The notes beneath the pieces are model-generated. The model saw only the letters and a program-made list of their open reading frames with translations, made no database searches and was not told where the DNA came from. From Acidimicrobiales bacterium (GTDB taxonomy: Bacteria > Actinomycetota > Acidimicrobiia > Acidimicrobiales > JAHWLA01): a DNA stretch of 64,000 nt. Shown here in pieces: positions 28,924 to 38,814 of this stretch (the stretch's first letter is position 1; each line of letters opens with the position of its first letter). The DNA lies in assembly GCA_035536915.1 (NCBI GenBank), contig DATLNE010000041.1:1-64000 (forward strand), in the 5' to 3' direction. The position numbers and the translations under genes are program-made.

Positions 28924-30696
28924 ATGGCCATCACCCATGAGATCGACCCCGCTGCCCTTCGGGACATCGAGAAGTTCGAGACGCAGCTCGCCCTGTACCT
29001 GAAGGGCGAGCTCGACGAGGACGTCTTCCGTGTCTTCCGACTGAACAACGGGATCTACGGCCAGCGCCAAGGCGGCCACAACCAGATGGTGCGGGTGAAG
29101 CTGCCGTACGGCTCGGCCACGCCCGAGCAACTGGAGATGATGGCCCACGTGGCCGACACCTACTCCCGCGGCTGGGGCCACATCACCACCCGGCAGAACA
29201 TCCAGTTCCACTTCGTGCAGTTGGAGCAGATCCCCGACGTCATGCGCGACCTGGCCTCGGTGGGGCTGACCACCCGCGAGGCGTGCGGCGACACCGTGCG
29301 CAACGTCACCGGCTGCCACCTGGCGGGCGCTTGCCCGTTCGAGGTGCTCGACATCAGCCCCTGGGCCGAGGCCGCCTTCCGCCACTTCCTGCGCTCGCCC
29401 ATCGCCCAGCGCCTGCCCCGCAAGTTCAAGATCAACTTCTCGGGCTGCTCCACCGACTGCGGCCAGGCCATGTTCAACGACGTGGGCGTGATCGGCGTCG
29501 GCCGCCCCCGGCCCGACGGCACCATCGAGCCCGGCTTCCGGGTGTTCTTCGCCGGCGGCCTGGGCGCCAACCCGCACCCGGCCGCCGCGCTCGAGGAGTT
29601 CACCGCCCGCGAAGACCTCATGCCCACCATCGAAGCGATCCTGCGGGTCTTCGACCACTACGGCAACCGCGACAACAAGCTGCGCGCCCGCATGAAGTGG
29701 CTGCTCGACACCATGGGCGTCGACGAGCTGCGAGAGCGGATCATCAAGGAGCGCAAGTTCCTGCGGGCGTCGGCCACCTGGCCCGGCGGCATCCCCGAGT
29801 ACGTGGCCGAACACGGCGACGCCCCCGCGGGCGTGTCGACGGCCATCACCCCCACCCCCGTCGGCGTGCCCGTGACCCTCAAGCTGCCCGAGCGCGACGC
29901 CTACACCAAGTGGGAGACCGCCAACGTGGTGCGGGGCGTGGCCAAGGGCACGGTCAGCGCCTACGCCTTCGCCAAGCTGGGCGACATCACGTCCGACCAG
30001 TTCCGGGCGCTGGCGTCGATCCAGCGGGAACTGCGGGCCGAGGTGCGGGTCACCAACCGCCAGAACCTGGTGTTCCGGGAACTGACCGAGGAGCAGGTCA
30101 AGACCCTCTACGACCGCCTCGCCGTTCTCGGCATGGCCGAGCCGGGGGCCGAGCTGGCCCGCGACGTGGTGAGCTGCCCGGGCGCCGATACCTGCAACCT
30201 GGCCGTCACCCAGAGCCGCGGCCTGGCCGACGAGATCGGCCGTGCCCTGGAGGAAGCGGGCCTGGCCGAGGTCGGTGGCATCCGGGTCAACATCTCCGGC
30301 TGCACCAACTCGTGCGGCCAGCACCACATCAGCGACATCGGCTTCATGGGTGTCGAGCGCCGCGCGCACGGCAAGGCAGCGCCCGGGTACCAGATGCTGC
30401 TGGGCGGCTACGTGGGCCAGACACAGATCGAGTTCGGCGAGAAGGCACTGCGCCTGCCGGCCAAGCGGGCGGGCGAGGCGACGGTGCGAGTGGTGGCCAA
30501 GTTCGTGGCCGAACGAGACGGCGGCGAGTCGTTCCAGTCGTGGCTGTCGCGCACCGGCGGCGCCGTGGCCGTGGCCCCTCTGCTCAAGGACCTCGACGAG
30601 TTCCCCACGCCGGAAGAGGCGCCCGACTTCTACGTCGACTACGGCGAGACCGGTCCGTACGTAAAGGAGATCGGGGAGTCAGAGTGCGCAACGTAG
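28924..30696 (+). CDS. sirA: ferredoxin-dependent sulfite (nitrite/sulfite) reductase hemoprotein
   Basis: 590 aa; two NIR_SIR ferredoxin-like/sirohaem halves; Cys cluster (CGDTVRNVTGC...CTNSCGQHH). Confidence 0.85.
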   Translation: MAITHEIDPAALRDIEKFETQLALYLKGELDEDVFRVFRLNNGIYGQRQGGHNQMVRVKLPYGSATPEQLEMMAHVADTYSRGWGHITTRQNIQFHFVQLEQIPDVMRDLASVGLTTREACGDTVRNVTGCHLAGACPFEVLDISPWAEAAFRHFLRSPIAQRLPRKFKINFSGCSTDCGQAMFNDVGVIGVGRPRPDGTIEPGFRVFFAGGLGANPHPAAALEEFTAREDLMPTIEAILRVFDHYGNRDNKLRARMKWLLDTMGVDELRERIIKERKFLRASATWPGGIPEYVAEHGDAPAGVSTAITPTPVGVPVTLKLPERDAYTKWETANVVRGVAKGTVSAYAFAKLGDITSDQFRALASIQRELRAEVRVTNRQNLVFRELTEEQVKTLYDRLAVLGMAEPGAELARDVVSCPGADTCNLAVTQSRGLADEIGRALEEAGLAEVGGIRVNISGCTNSCGQHHISDIGFMGVERRAHGKAAPGYQMLLGGYVGQTQIEFGEKALRLPAKRAGEATVRVVAKFVAERDGGESFQSWLSRTGGAVAVAPLLKDLDEFPTPEEAPDFYVDYGETGPYVKEIGESECAT

Positions 30697-31376
30697 TGGA
30701 GCACTCCAAAGAAGCAGTGCGCGACAGGACGGCACTCACCGAGGTCTCGCAGAAGCTTGAGACTTTGCCGCCTAGTGCTGCAATCAAGTGGGCGGTCGAG
30801 GAGTTCGGCGACAGCGTGATCGTCGCCGCGTCGTTCGAGGACGCCGTGCTGATCGACATCGCCGTCAATGTGAAGCCCGACATCGAGTTCCTGTTCCTCG
30901 ACACCCAGTACCACTTCGCCGAGACCCTCTGGTACGTCGAGCAACTGCGGGCTCGCTACGGGCTCAACATCACCACCGTGCACCCCGAGGTCGGGCCCGA
31001 CAGCCTGTGGGCCACCGGCGACCTGCAGGGCTGCTGCGCCGTGCGCAAAGTCGAGCCGCTGGCTCGGGGCTTGAAGGGCAAGCAGGCGTGGGTCACCGGC
31101 CTGCGCCGGGTCGATGCGCCCACCCGGGCCAACGCGCCCGTCGTCGACTGGGACGCGGCGCGCGACATGGTCAAGGTCAACCCGCTGGCGACCTGGACCG
31201 ACCTCGACATGGCCGGCTACATCGCCGACCACGACCTGCCCCAGCACCCGTTGTGGGAGCGGGGCTTCGCATCCATCGGGTGCTGGCCGTGCACGCGGCC
31301 GGTGGCCGAGGGCGAAGACCGACGAGCCGGCCGCTGGTCCGGCGCCGACAAGATCGAATGCGGGCTCCACCAATGA
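30684..31376 (+). CDS. cysH: phosphoadenosine/adenosine phosphosulfate reductase CysH (APS reductase type, CC...CxxC)
   Basis: C-terminal 230 aa of a long ORF; motifs QGCCAVRKVEPL and SIGCWPCT; GTG start inferred. Confidence 0.85.
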   Translation: MRNVVEHSKEAVRDRTALTEVSQKLETLPPSAAIKWAVEEFGDSVIVAASFEDAVLIDIAVNVKPDIEFLFLDTQYHFAETLWYVEQLRARYGLNITTVHPEVGPDSLWATGDLQGCCAVRKVEPLARGLKGKQAWVTGLRRVDAPTRANAPVVDWDAARDMVKVNPLATWTDLDMAGYIADHDLPQHPLWERGFASIGCWPCTRPVAEGEDRRAGRWSGADKIECGLHQ

Positions 31377-32299
31377 CGCTGACCCTTGATCCGCCCCGGT
31401 ACGAGCTGTCCGACCTCGACGCCCTCGAGGCCGAGGCCATCTTCATCATGCGAGAGGTGGCCGCCGAGCTGGAACGGCCCGTGCTGCTGTTCAGCGGCGG
31501 CAAGGACTCCATCGTCCTGCTGCGGCTGGCCGAGAAGGCGTTCCGCCCCGGGCGGTTCCCCTTCCCGATCATGCACATCGACACCGGCCACAACTTCTCC
31601 GAGGCCGTCGAGTTCCGCGACCGGCGGGTGGCCGAGCTGGGCGAGCGGTTGATCGTCGGCTACGTGCAGGACGACATCGATGCGGGCCGCTCCCGCGAGG
31701 AGACCGGGCCGCGGGCGTCGCGCAACCGACTGCAGACCACGACGCTCCTGCGCATGATCGACGAGCACGGCTTCGACGCCGCCTTCGGTGGCGCCCGGCG
31801 CGACGAGGAGAAGGCTCGCGCCAAGGAGCGGGTCCTCTCGTTCCGCGACGACTTCGGCCAGTGGGACCCCAAGAACCAGCGGCCCGAGCTGTGGTCGCTC
31901 TACAACGGGCGCATCCGCAAGGGCGAGCACATCCGCGCCTTCCCCATCTCCAACTGGACCGAGATGGACGTGTGGCAGTACATCCAGCGCGAGGAGCTCG
32001 AAGTCCCGTCGATCTACTTCGCCCACCACCGCAAGGTGTTCCGGCGCGACGGCATGCTGCTCGGCGTCGGTCCCGTCACCGAGCCGAAGGACGGCGAAGA
32101 GGTGTTCGAGGAACTGGTGCGCTACCGCACCGTCGGTGACATGAGCTGCACCGGTGCCGTGGTGTCGTCGGCGGCCACCATCGACGAGATCATCACCGAG
32201 GTGGCGGCCACCCGGATCACCGAGCGGGGCGCCACCCGGGCCGACGACAAGTTCTCCGAGGCCGCCATGGAGGACCGCAAGCGCGAGGGCTACTTCTAG
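31373..32299 (+). CDS. cysD: sulfate adenylyltransferase subunit 2 CysD
   Basis: 309 aa; PAPS-reductase-fold motif LFSGGKDSIVLL; ATGA overlap with cysH. Confidence 0.9.
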   Translation: MTLTLDPPRYELSDLDALEAEAIFIMREVAAELERPVLLFSGGKDSIVLLRLAEKAFRPGRFPFPIMHIDTGHNFSEAVEFRDRRVAELGERLIVGYVQDDIDAGRSREETGPRASRNRLQTTTLLRMIDEHGFDAAFGGARRDEEKARAKERVLSFRDDFGQWDPKNQRPELWSLYNGRIRKGEHIRAFPISNWTEMDVWQYIQREELEVPSIYFAHHRKVFRRDGMLLGVGPVTEPKDGEEVFEELVRYRTVGDMSCTGAVVSSAATIDEIITEVAATRITERGATRADDKFSEAAMEDRKREGYF

Positions 32300-32304
32300 A
32301 TCCC

Positions 32305-33549
32305 ATGGAGCTCCTGCGGTTTGCCACGGCCGGGTCCGTGGACGACGGAAAATCAACGCTCATCGGGCGGCTCCTCCACGACTCGAAGTCGATCTTCGAG
32401 GACCAGTTGGAGGCGGTCGAACGCTCGTCGCAACAGCGCGGCCACGACTACGTGAACCTGGCGCTGCTGACCGACGGCCTGCGGGCCGAGCGGGAGCAGG
32501 GCATCACCATCGACGTCGCCTACCGGTACTTCGCCACGCCCCAGCGAAAGTTCATCATCGCCGACACCCCCGGGCATGTGCAGTACACGCGCAACATGGT
32601 CACCGGTGCGTCGACGGCCGACCTGGCCATCGTGCTGGTGGATGCACGAAAGGGGCTGCTCGAACAGTCGCGGCGCCATGCCTACATCGCCACCCTGCTC
32701 GGCATCCCCCACTTGGTGGTAGCGATCAACAAGATGGACCTGGTCGAGTGGGACGAGGTGGTCTTCAAGGACATCGCCTCGCACTTCGAAGGCTTCGCCG
32801 CCGGGCTGCACCCGCACGAGGTCACGTTCATCCCCCTCTCCGCGCTGGAGGGCGACAACGTCGTCGACCGGTCCACCAACATGGCGTGGTACGACGGGCC
32901 GACGTTGCTGGAGCACCTGGAGACCGTCGAGGTGGCCTCCAGCTTCAACCACGACAAGGGCCGTTTCCCGGTGCAGTACGTGATCCGGCCGCTGACCGCC
33001 GAGCACCACGACTACCGGGGTTATGCGGGCACGGTGGCGGGTGGCGTCTTCCGTCCCGGCGACGAGGTCGTCGTGTTGCCCTCGGGGCGACGTTCGACCG
33101 TTGCGGGCATCGACACGCTCGACGGCGAGGTGCCCGAGGCGTTCGCGCCGATGTCGGTCACCGTGCGCCTGGCCGACGAGATCGACATCTCACGCGGCGA
33201 CATGCTGGTGCGGGCCGACGACCCCGAGCCTCGGGTGACCCAAGAGCTCGACGCCATGTTGTGCTGGTTTTCCGAGCAGCCCATGCACGTGGGCACCAAG
33301 TACGCCATCAAGCACACCACCCGATCGGCCAAGGCCGTCGTGCGTGAGTTGCAGCACCGGGTCGACATCGACTCGCTGCAGCCCGAGACCCGGGCCAGCG
33401 AGCTCGACATCAACGACATCGGTCGAGTCTCGATCAAGGTCAGCGCCCCGCTGATGGTCGACCCCTACTCGGTGAACCGCCTGACCGGCAGCTTCATCCT
33501 CATCGACGAGGCAACCAACGCCACCGTGGCCGCCGGAATGGTGCTCTGA
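32305..33549 (+). CDS. cysN: sulfate adenylyltransferase subunit 1 CysN (GTPase, no CysC fusion)
   Basis: 414 aa; G1 GSVDDGKST, DTPGH, NKMD motifs. Confidence 0.9.
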   Translation: MELLRFATAGSVDDGKSTLIGRLLHDSKSIFEDQLEAVERSSQQRGHDYVNLALLTDGLRAEREQGITIDVAYRYFATPQRKFIIADTPGHVQYTRNMVTGASTADLAIVLVDARKGLLEQSRRHAYIATLLGIPHLVVAINKMDLVEWDEVVFKDIASHFEGFAAGLHPHEVTFIPLSALEGDNVVDRSTNMAWYDGPTLLEHLETVEVASSFNHDKGRFPVQYVIRPLTAEHHDYRGYAGTVAGGVFRPGDEVVVLPSGRRSTVAGIDTLDGEVPEAFAPMSVTVRLADEIDISRGDMLVRADDPEPRVTQELDAMLCWFSEQPMHVGTKYAIKHTTRSAKAVVRELQHRVDIDSLQPETRASELDINDIGRVSIKVSAPLMVDPYSVNRLTGSFILIDEATNATVAAGMVL

Positions 33550-33564
33550 CTATCGTCCGCGGCT

Positions 33565-34002
33565 GTGGGTGATCACAACGGGGCAATCGCGGCGGCGGCC
33601 ATCACGACGGTCGGCGGGATCATCGTCGCCCTGATCACGACCGGCGCCATCGGCGGCGACGACAAGGACAGCGGCCCGCCCTCCCAGTCGCAACCCACCA
33701 TGACGTTCCCGTCGATCCCGGTCGGCACCCGCACATCGTTGTTCTCCAACCGAGACAGCGGGCCGGGCGGCACCCGGGTGGTGCTCAGCGGCGAGGGGTT
33801 CGCACCCAACGAGAAGGTCACGTTCCGGCTGCACGTCCAGGAGATCGGCCGCACCACCGCCAACGCCGAGGGCCGCTTCTCCAACGTCACCGTCAGCATT
33901 CCCACCACCTACTCCAAATTCGCCCCGCAGCAATTCGACTTGGTGGCCGATGGCGAAAGCCCGGCCAACCACGCCACCACGCCGTTCACCGTCACCGGCT
34001 GA
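33565..34002 (+). CDS. hypothetical membrane-anchored protein
   Basis: 145 aa; N-terminal hydrophobic segment; no family motif. Confidence 0.35.
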   Translation: MGDHNGAIAAAAITTVGGIIVALITTGAIGGDDKDSGPPSQSQPTMTFPSIPVGTRTSLFSNRDSGPGGTRVVLSGEGFAPNEKVTFRLHVQEIGRTTANAEGRFSNVTVSIPTTYSKFAPQQFDLVADGESPANHATTPFTVTG

Positions 34003-34432
34003 GCAGTACCCGCAACGCCGCCAGCGACTTCTTCTGCATGGCCGCAACACGCCGCCGCATGACCCAGCGCTCCAGCCGGCTGAGCGGGCCGCCGGGGAAG
34101 TCGACCGTCATGCAGTGCCGCACCACCGTGCCGCCGTCGGCAGCGGGCACCAGTTCCCACTCGCTCAAGAACCGCGCGCCCACGTGGATCTCCTCGGCCA
34201 AGGCGTGGCCGGGCTCGGCCCGCACCACCTCGCTGTGGCCCACCAAGTGGTGGAGCAGCATCGACGGCTGGGCCGAAAAGCGGGTGCCCACCTCGACCGG
34301 CCCCGGCGGCGGTTCAACCTTGCGCAGCTCTGTCAGCCACTCCGGCCTGCGGGCGATGTCGGCGATGACGGCGTAGACCTCCTCCGGCGACGCCGCCACC
34401 GCGGCGGACTGCTCGATGCGGTCGCTCATCAA
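33992..34432 (-). CDS. SRPBCC (Bet v1-like/polyketide cyclase-like) family protein
   Basis: 146 aa; START/SRPBCC-like signature (PEEVYAVIADIARRPEW). Confidence 0.7.
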   Translation of the reverse strand: MMSDRIEQSAAVAASPEEVYAVIADIARRPEWLTELRKVEPPPGPVEVGTRFSAQPSMLLHHLVGHSEVVRAEPGHALAEEIHVGARFLSEWELVPAADGGTVVRHCMTVDFPGGPLSRLERWVMRRRVAAMQKKSLAALRVLLSR

Positions 34433-35199
34433 CGGTGGTCGAGCAGCAGCGACTGGGCGCTGCGGCCCACGTGGCCCTCACAGTCGTACAGCGCCGACTC
34501 GGCCAACCCTGTGCCCGTCGGGCCGTGGTGGGTGCGGCTCTGCAGGCACATCCACTCCCCCACGGGCTGGCGGTAGGCGTACACCGTCAGGTCGGGGTTG
34601 ATGAAGAGGAACCGGTTCATGGGCAGCACATGGCTGATGCCGTTGCCGAAGTCGGCGGCCGCCACCAGCCGTTGGATGCCCGACGGCTCCTCCCCTTCTA
34701 CCACCGGAACCCGCAGGCGGATCCACGACGTGCAGGGGCCGGGCGCGTCGAAGCTGCCCTCGACGTAGCGCATCTCCACCCCTTCGTTGTGGAACGCCTG
34801 CCACGGCCATTCGGCGTCCATCTTCGATGTTGTGCTGGGCAAGGCCGGAGCACCGATCTGCTCCACGTCGTCGGTCAGTTCCACCTCCGCCTCGCGGATG
34901 CGCCACGCCGTGGCCCGGCACAATTCGTGCTCGTCGTCGGACAGCACCGCCTCCAACTGCTCCACCCGCTTGCCCGGTCGCACCGTGCGCACCGCCACCT
35001 GCAACGGCGCCACCGGCACGGGTCGCAGGATTTCCACGGTCACCCGGGCGACGAGCTTGGGGTCACCGACCTCGTGCTGCTCGAAGGCGCGGGCCAGCAG
35101 GGCGGCGGGTGGCCCGCCGTGGAGGGAGTCGGGGCTCCACGGTCCGCGGGCGTAATCGGTGGGCACGAAACGGTCGCCGTCGGCGATGAAGAGGGCCAC
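34429..35199 (-). CDS. acyl-CoA thioesterase (TesB-like double hotdog)
   Basis: 256 aa; thioesterase-II-like N-terminus (PTDYARGPWSPDSLHGGPPAALLARA). Confidence 0.7.
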   Translation of the reverse strand: MALFIADGDRFVPTDYARGPWSPDSLHGGPPAALLARAFEQHEVGDPKLVARVTVEILRPVPVAPLQVAVRTVRPGKRVEQLEAVLSDDEHELCRATAWRIREAEVELTDDVEQIGAPALPSTTSKMDAEWPWQAFHNEGVEMRYVEGSFDAPGPCTSWIRLRVPVVEGEEPSGIQRLVAAADFGNGISHVLPMNRFLFINPDLTVYAYRQPVGEWMCLQSRTHHGPTGTGLAESALYDCEGHVGRSAQSLLLDHR

Positions 35200-35227
35200 G
35201 GATCGACCGTAGTTCGTGCTGTTGCCT

Positions 35228-35866
35228 TCAGCGCTCGACGCCGACGAGGTGCGCGGTGTCGTTGTGGCGCACCAGCCGCCAGCGCCGGTCGTCCTGGCGC
35301 GACCACTCGGTCAGCGCCGTGTTCTCCGTCCAGATGCTGACGGGAATGGCCGATTCGAGCGGCAGCCCGAAGAAGGTGTGGAACGACCCCGCCACCACGC
35401 CGCCGTGGCACACCAGCACCACGGTGCGGCCCGCGTGCTCGTCGGCGATACGCAGCAGCGTCTTCGACACCCGCCCGTGGAAGTCGGCCAGGCTTTCACC
35501 GCCCGGGGCGATGGGGGCCAGCGGGTCGGCGGCCATGTCGACGTTGTAGCGGCGGCCGTACTCCTCCCACGACAGCCCGTCGCTCTCGCCGGGATGGATC
35601 TCGCACAGGTCGCAGTCCTGGGCCACGGCGAGCCCGCCCAAGGCGGGGGCGACGATCTCAGCGGTCTCGACTGCTCGGGGCAGGATGCTGGTGAGCACCA
35701 AGTCGGCCGCCACCTCGCCGGTGGCCGCCAGCCGGTCACGCAGCGCCTCAGCCTGGCGACGGCCCAGCGGCGACAGGCCGGTACAGCCGTCGTGGCCGCC
35801 CACAACCTGGTCGACCGTCGCCATCGACTCGCCGTGACGGACCAAAACCAGTCGGGTAACGCTCAT
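35228..35866 (-). CDS. histidine phosphatase family protein (phosphoglycerate mutase-like)
   Basis: RHG motif (LVLVRHGES) near the N-terminus; 212 aa. Confidence 0.75.
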   Translation of the reverse strand: MSVTRLVLVRHGESMATVDQVVGGHDGCTGLSPLGRRQAEALRDRLAATGEVAADLVLTSILPRAVETAEIVAPALGGLAVAQDCDLCEIHPGESDGLSWEEYGRRYNVDMAADPLAPIAPGGESLADFHGRVSKTLLRIADEHAGRTVVLVCHGGVVAGSFHTFFGLPLESAIPVSIWTENTALTEWSRQDDRRWRLVRHNDTAHLVGVER

Positions 35867-35954
35867 CCGCCCATCCTGCCCGCTCCGAAACGTTTGAACG
35901 GACACGTCCGCCGGCAATCACGGCAGACACGACCTGCCCAAGGAGGCAACGAAA

Positions 35955-36410
35955 ATGGCGGCTGACACACGGAGGAACGACTACCACTGGGTCCAATGGC
36001 TCGCACTTGCCGTAGGCGCCACCTACACCCTCGTCGGGCTTGTGGGCTTTGCCATCACGGGCTTCGACCGCTTCGCCGAGCACACCGGCGACACACTGGT
36101 CGGCTTCGAGATCAACCCGCTGCACAACATCGTGCACCTGGTCATCGGTCTCCTCGGGCTTGCCATGTGGCGGCGCTTCGACACTGCCCGCACCTACGGG
36201 TGGATGCTGGCCGTCGGCTACGGCGCGGCGTTCGTGCTCGGCTTGGTCATCATCGGCGACGAGGACAAGAACTTCCTGTCGCTGAACGTGGCCGACCAGT
36301 TCCTGCACATCGGCAGCGCCCTTGTCGGCCTCGCCATGGCCTTGGCCAAGCCGGGACAAGGCGCCGGCCGCACCAGCGACAGCCCTCGTCGCACCCGCGC
36401 CGCCCGGTGA
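35955..36410 (+). CDS. DUF4383-like small membrane protein
   Basis: 151 aa, four predicted TM segments, DUF4383-like pattern. Confidence 0.6.
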   Translation: MAADTRRNDYHWVQWLALAVGATYTLVGLVGFAITGFDRFAEHTGDTLVGFEINPLHNIVHLVIGLLGLAMWRRFDTARTYGWMLAVGYGAAFVLGLVIIGDEDKNFLSLNVADQFLHIGSALVGLAMALAKPGQGAGRTSDSPRRTRAAR

Positions 36411-36456
36411 CGTTCGAAGGGTGCGGAGCCCGCCGGCTCCGCACCCTTCGCCGTAC

Positions 36457-37887
36457 TCAGCTCAGGTGCTCGACGAAGCGTTCGAGCTGCTTGAGGTTGC
36501 GGCACTCGAACACGCCGTCGCAGTGGGTGCCGTACTCGCTCACGATCGAGTCGCCGGTGTCCCAGTACGACTTGGGCTCGGGGTTCAGCCAGAAGACGTG
36601 GCGGGCCCGCTTGCGCATCTCCTGCACCACCCACGCTTGTGAGGCGTGGTAGTTGTTCCGGGCGTCGCCCAACAGGATCACGCTCGTCTTCGTGGTGATC
36701 TCCTTGCCCCACCGCTCCCAGAACACGTCGAAGGCGTGGCCGTAGTCGGAGTGGCCGTCGACCCACACCACGTCGGCTTCGGTGTTGACCCGGTGCACCG
36801 CCTCGGTGATGTCCTCCACGCCTTCGAAGTAGCGGGTCACCTCGTCGATGCCGTCGATGAAGACGAACGAGCGGACCTTGGAGAACTGCGACGAGATGGC
36901 ATACACCAGGTGCAAGGTGAACCGGGCGAAGGCAGCCACCGAGCCTGAGATGTCGGCGATGACCATGATCTCGGGCTTCGACGGGCGCGGGTAGCGGAAC
37001 TTGGGCTCGGCGGGCACGCCGCCGTAGCTCAGCGAGTGGCGCACGGTATTGCGGAAGTCGAGCGGCCCCTTACGGCCGTGGCGGCGCTTGCGGGCCAGCC
37101 GCACCGCCAGCTTGCGGGTCAGCGGGTAGATGGCCCGGCGCAGGGCGGCCAACTCATCCTTGGACGCGTGCATGAAGTCGATGTCTTCAGGCAACGGCTT
37201 GCGCAGCGTCTTGGCCATGGCCTCGGCGCCCCGGTCGGCCACCAGCCGCCGGCGGATCTCCGCTTCGATCTCCTTGCGCAGCTTGTCGATGCGGGACTCG
37301 AACTCGTCCTTGGCCAACCGCTCTTCCAGCGGCGTGATGGCGTCGGCCTGCTCCCGCTCGGCCTCCATGAGGCGGTCGAGCACCCCGTCGAGGTCGAGGT
37401 TCCGCAGGGTGCGGTAGAGGTAGTAGGTGCCGCCCACGGGCCGGCCCGGCTCCATGCCGCTGAAGCGCTGCACTGCTTGGCGGGCCAGCGCCTTGAGCAT
37501 GGCCTCGTCGCCTTCCATCAGCGCCTTGTAGAGCATCTCGGCCAGCTCTTCAGGCGTCATGGCCTCCATGCCGCCGCCCTTGCCCGCCTCGCGGTCGGCC
37601 ATCATCGACTGGAGCAACTCGGCCAGGTCGGCACCCGAGTCGTCGCCGTCCTCGCTGATGCGGTACTCCGAGCCCCGCATGGAGAAGTACACCTCGAAGA
37701 CGGTCTCGAACGCCTTCCAGTGGGCGTTCGACTTCACCAGGGTGGCGGCCAGCGCGTACTTGAAGGCGTCGCGATCCTCCAGCGGGATGTGCTTGACCGC
37801 CTCCATGGCGTCGAGGTTCTCGGTCAGGCTGACCGGCAGCCCGGCGGCCCGAAGTTCCTGGATGAACCCGGCGAGGAGGTCGAGCAT
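36457..37887 (-). CDS. VWA domain-containing CoxE-like protein
   Basis: 476 aa; C-terminal VWA with MIDAS-like motif (DISGSV); CoxE-like organisation downstream of a CoxD/MoxR ATPase. Confidence 0.8.
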   Translation of the reverse strand: MLDLLAGFIQELRAAGLPVSLTENLDAMEAVKHIPLEDRDAFKYALAATLVKSNAHWKAFETVFEVYFSMRGSEYRISEDGDDSGADLAELLQSMMADREAGKGGGMEAMTPEELAEMLYKALMEGDEAMLKALARQAVQRFSGMEPGRPVGGTYYLYRTLRNLDLDGVLDRLMEAEREQADAITPLEERLAKDEFESRIDKLRKEIEAEIRRRLVADRGAEAMAKTLRKPLPEDIDFMHASKDELAALRRAIYPLTRKLAVRLARKRRHGRKGPLDFRNTVRHSLSYGGVPAEPKFRYPRPSKPEIMVIADISGSVAAFARFTLHLVYAISSQFSKVRSFVFIDGIDEVTRYFEGVEDITEAVHRVNTEADVVWVDGHSDYGHAFDVFWERWGKEITTKTSVILLGDARNNYHASQAWVVQEMRKRARHVFWLNPEPKSYWDTGDSIVSEYGTHCDGVFECRNLKQLERFVEHLS

Positions 37888-37890
37888 CCC

Positions 37891-38814
37891 TTAGGCCCCG
37901 TTGACTGACAGTTCCTTGGACGCCTTGGCGATGTCGCTCTGGTACTTGAGCAGGATGTGCAGCGTCTCTTTGGCCTGCTCGGCGTCGACGTTCTCGATGC
38001 CCAGCAGCACCAGCGTGCGGGCCCAGTCGAGGGTCTCGCTCACCGACGGGTGCTTCTTCAGCTCCAACTGCCGGATCGAGCGCACGATGCGCACGACCTG
38101 GTCGGCCAGGTGCTCGGAGATGTCGGGCACGCGGGTGAGGACGATCTCCTTCTCGCGGTCGAGGTGCGGGTAGTCAACGTGCAGGTACAGGCAGCGCCGC
38201 TTCAACGCCTCCGACAGCTCACGGGTGTTGTTGGAGGTGAGGAACACCAGCGGGATCTGCTTGGCCACCACCGTGCCCAGCTCCGGCACCGACACCTGGT
38301 AGTCGGAGAGGATCTCCAGCAAGAGGGCCTCGGTCTCGACCTCGACCCGGTCGACCTCGTCGATGAGGAGGACGACGGGTTCGTCGGCCCGGATGGCCTC
38401 GAGCAGCGGGCGGGTGAGGAGGAAGTCCTCGGTGAAGATGTCGTCCTCGATCTCCTGCCACGTGGCCGAGTTGCGCTCGACCTGGATGCGCAGGAGCTGC
38501 TTCTTGTAGTTCCACTCGTACAGGGCCTTGGACTCGTCGAGCCCCTCGTAGCACTGGAGGCGGATGAGGCGGGCGCCCGTCATCTCGGCCACCGACTTGG
38601 CCAGCTGGGTCTTGCCGGTGCCGGCCGGGCCCTCGACGAGCACGGGCTTGCCGAGGCGGTCGGCCAGGTAGACGACGCCGGCGATGCCCTCGTCGGCCAG
38701 GTAGGCGACGTCACGCAGCCCCTCGCGCACTGCGCCTACGGATTCGAAGCGTTCACCCATTGGTGCAGCGTACTCCCGTACTTGACCGTGCGGTCTAGTT
38801 GATACGCTGCTCAA
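37891..38814 (-). CDS. MoxR/CoxD-like AAA+ ATPase (AAA_5/CbbQ-like)
   Basis: Walker A GPAGTGKT, Walker B VLLIDEVDR; its ATG overlaps the fic stop (ATGA at 38811-38814). Confidence 0.85.
   Translation of the reverse strand: MSSVSTRPHGQVREYAAPMGERFESVGAVREGLRDVAYLADEGIAGVVYLADRLGKPVLVEGPAGTGKTQLAKSVAEMTGARLIRLQCYEGLDESKALYEWNYKKQLLRIQVERNSATWQEIEDDIFTEDFLLTRPLLEAIRADEPVVLLIDEVDRVEVETEALLLEILSDYQVSVPELGTVVAKQIPLVFLTSNNTRELSEALKRRCLYLHVDYPHLDREKEIVLTRVPDISEHLADQVVRIVRSIRQLELKKHPSVSETLDWARTLVLLGIENVDAEQAKETLHILLKYQSDIAKASKELSVNGA

Noticed and set aside
29283-31376. 697-aa plus-strand ORF spanning sirA and cysH
   Set aside because: Only the last 230 aa (cysH) are in a genuine coding frame; the upstream part is an alternative frame of sirA.
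30788-32299. 503-aa ORF
   Set aside because: Only the portion from the ATG at 31373 (CysD) is genuine; the upstream part is an out-of-frame read-through of cysH.
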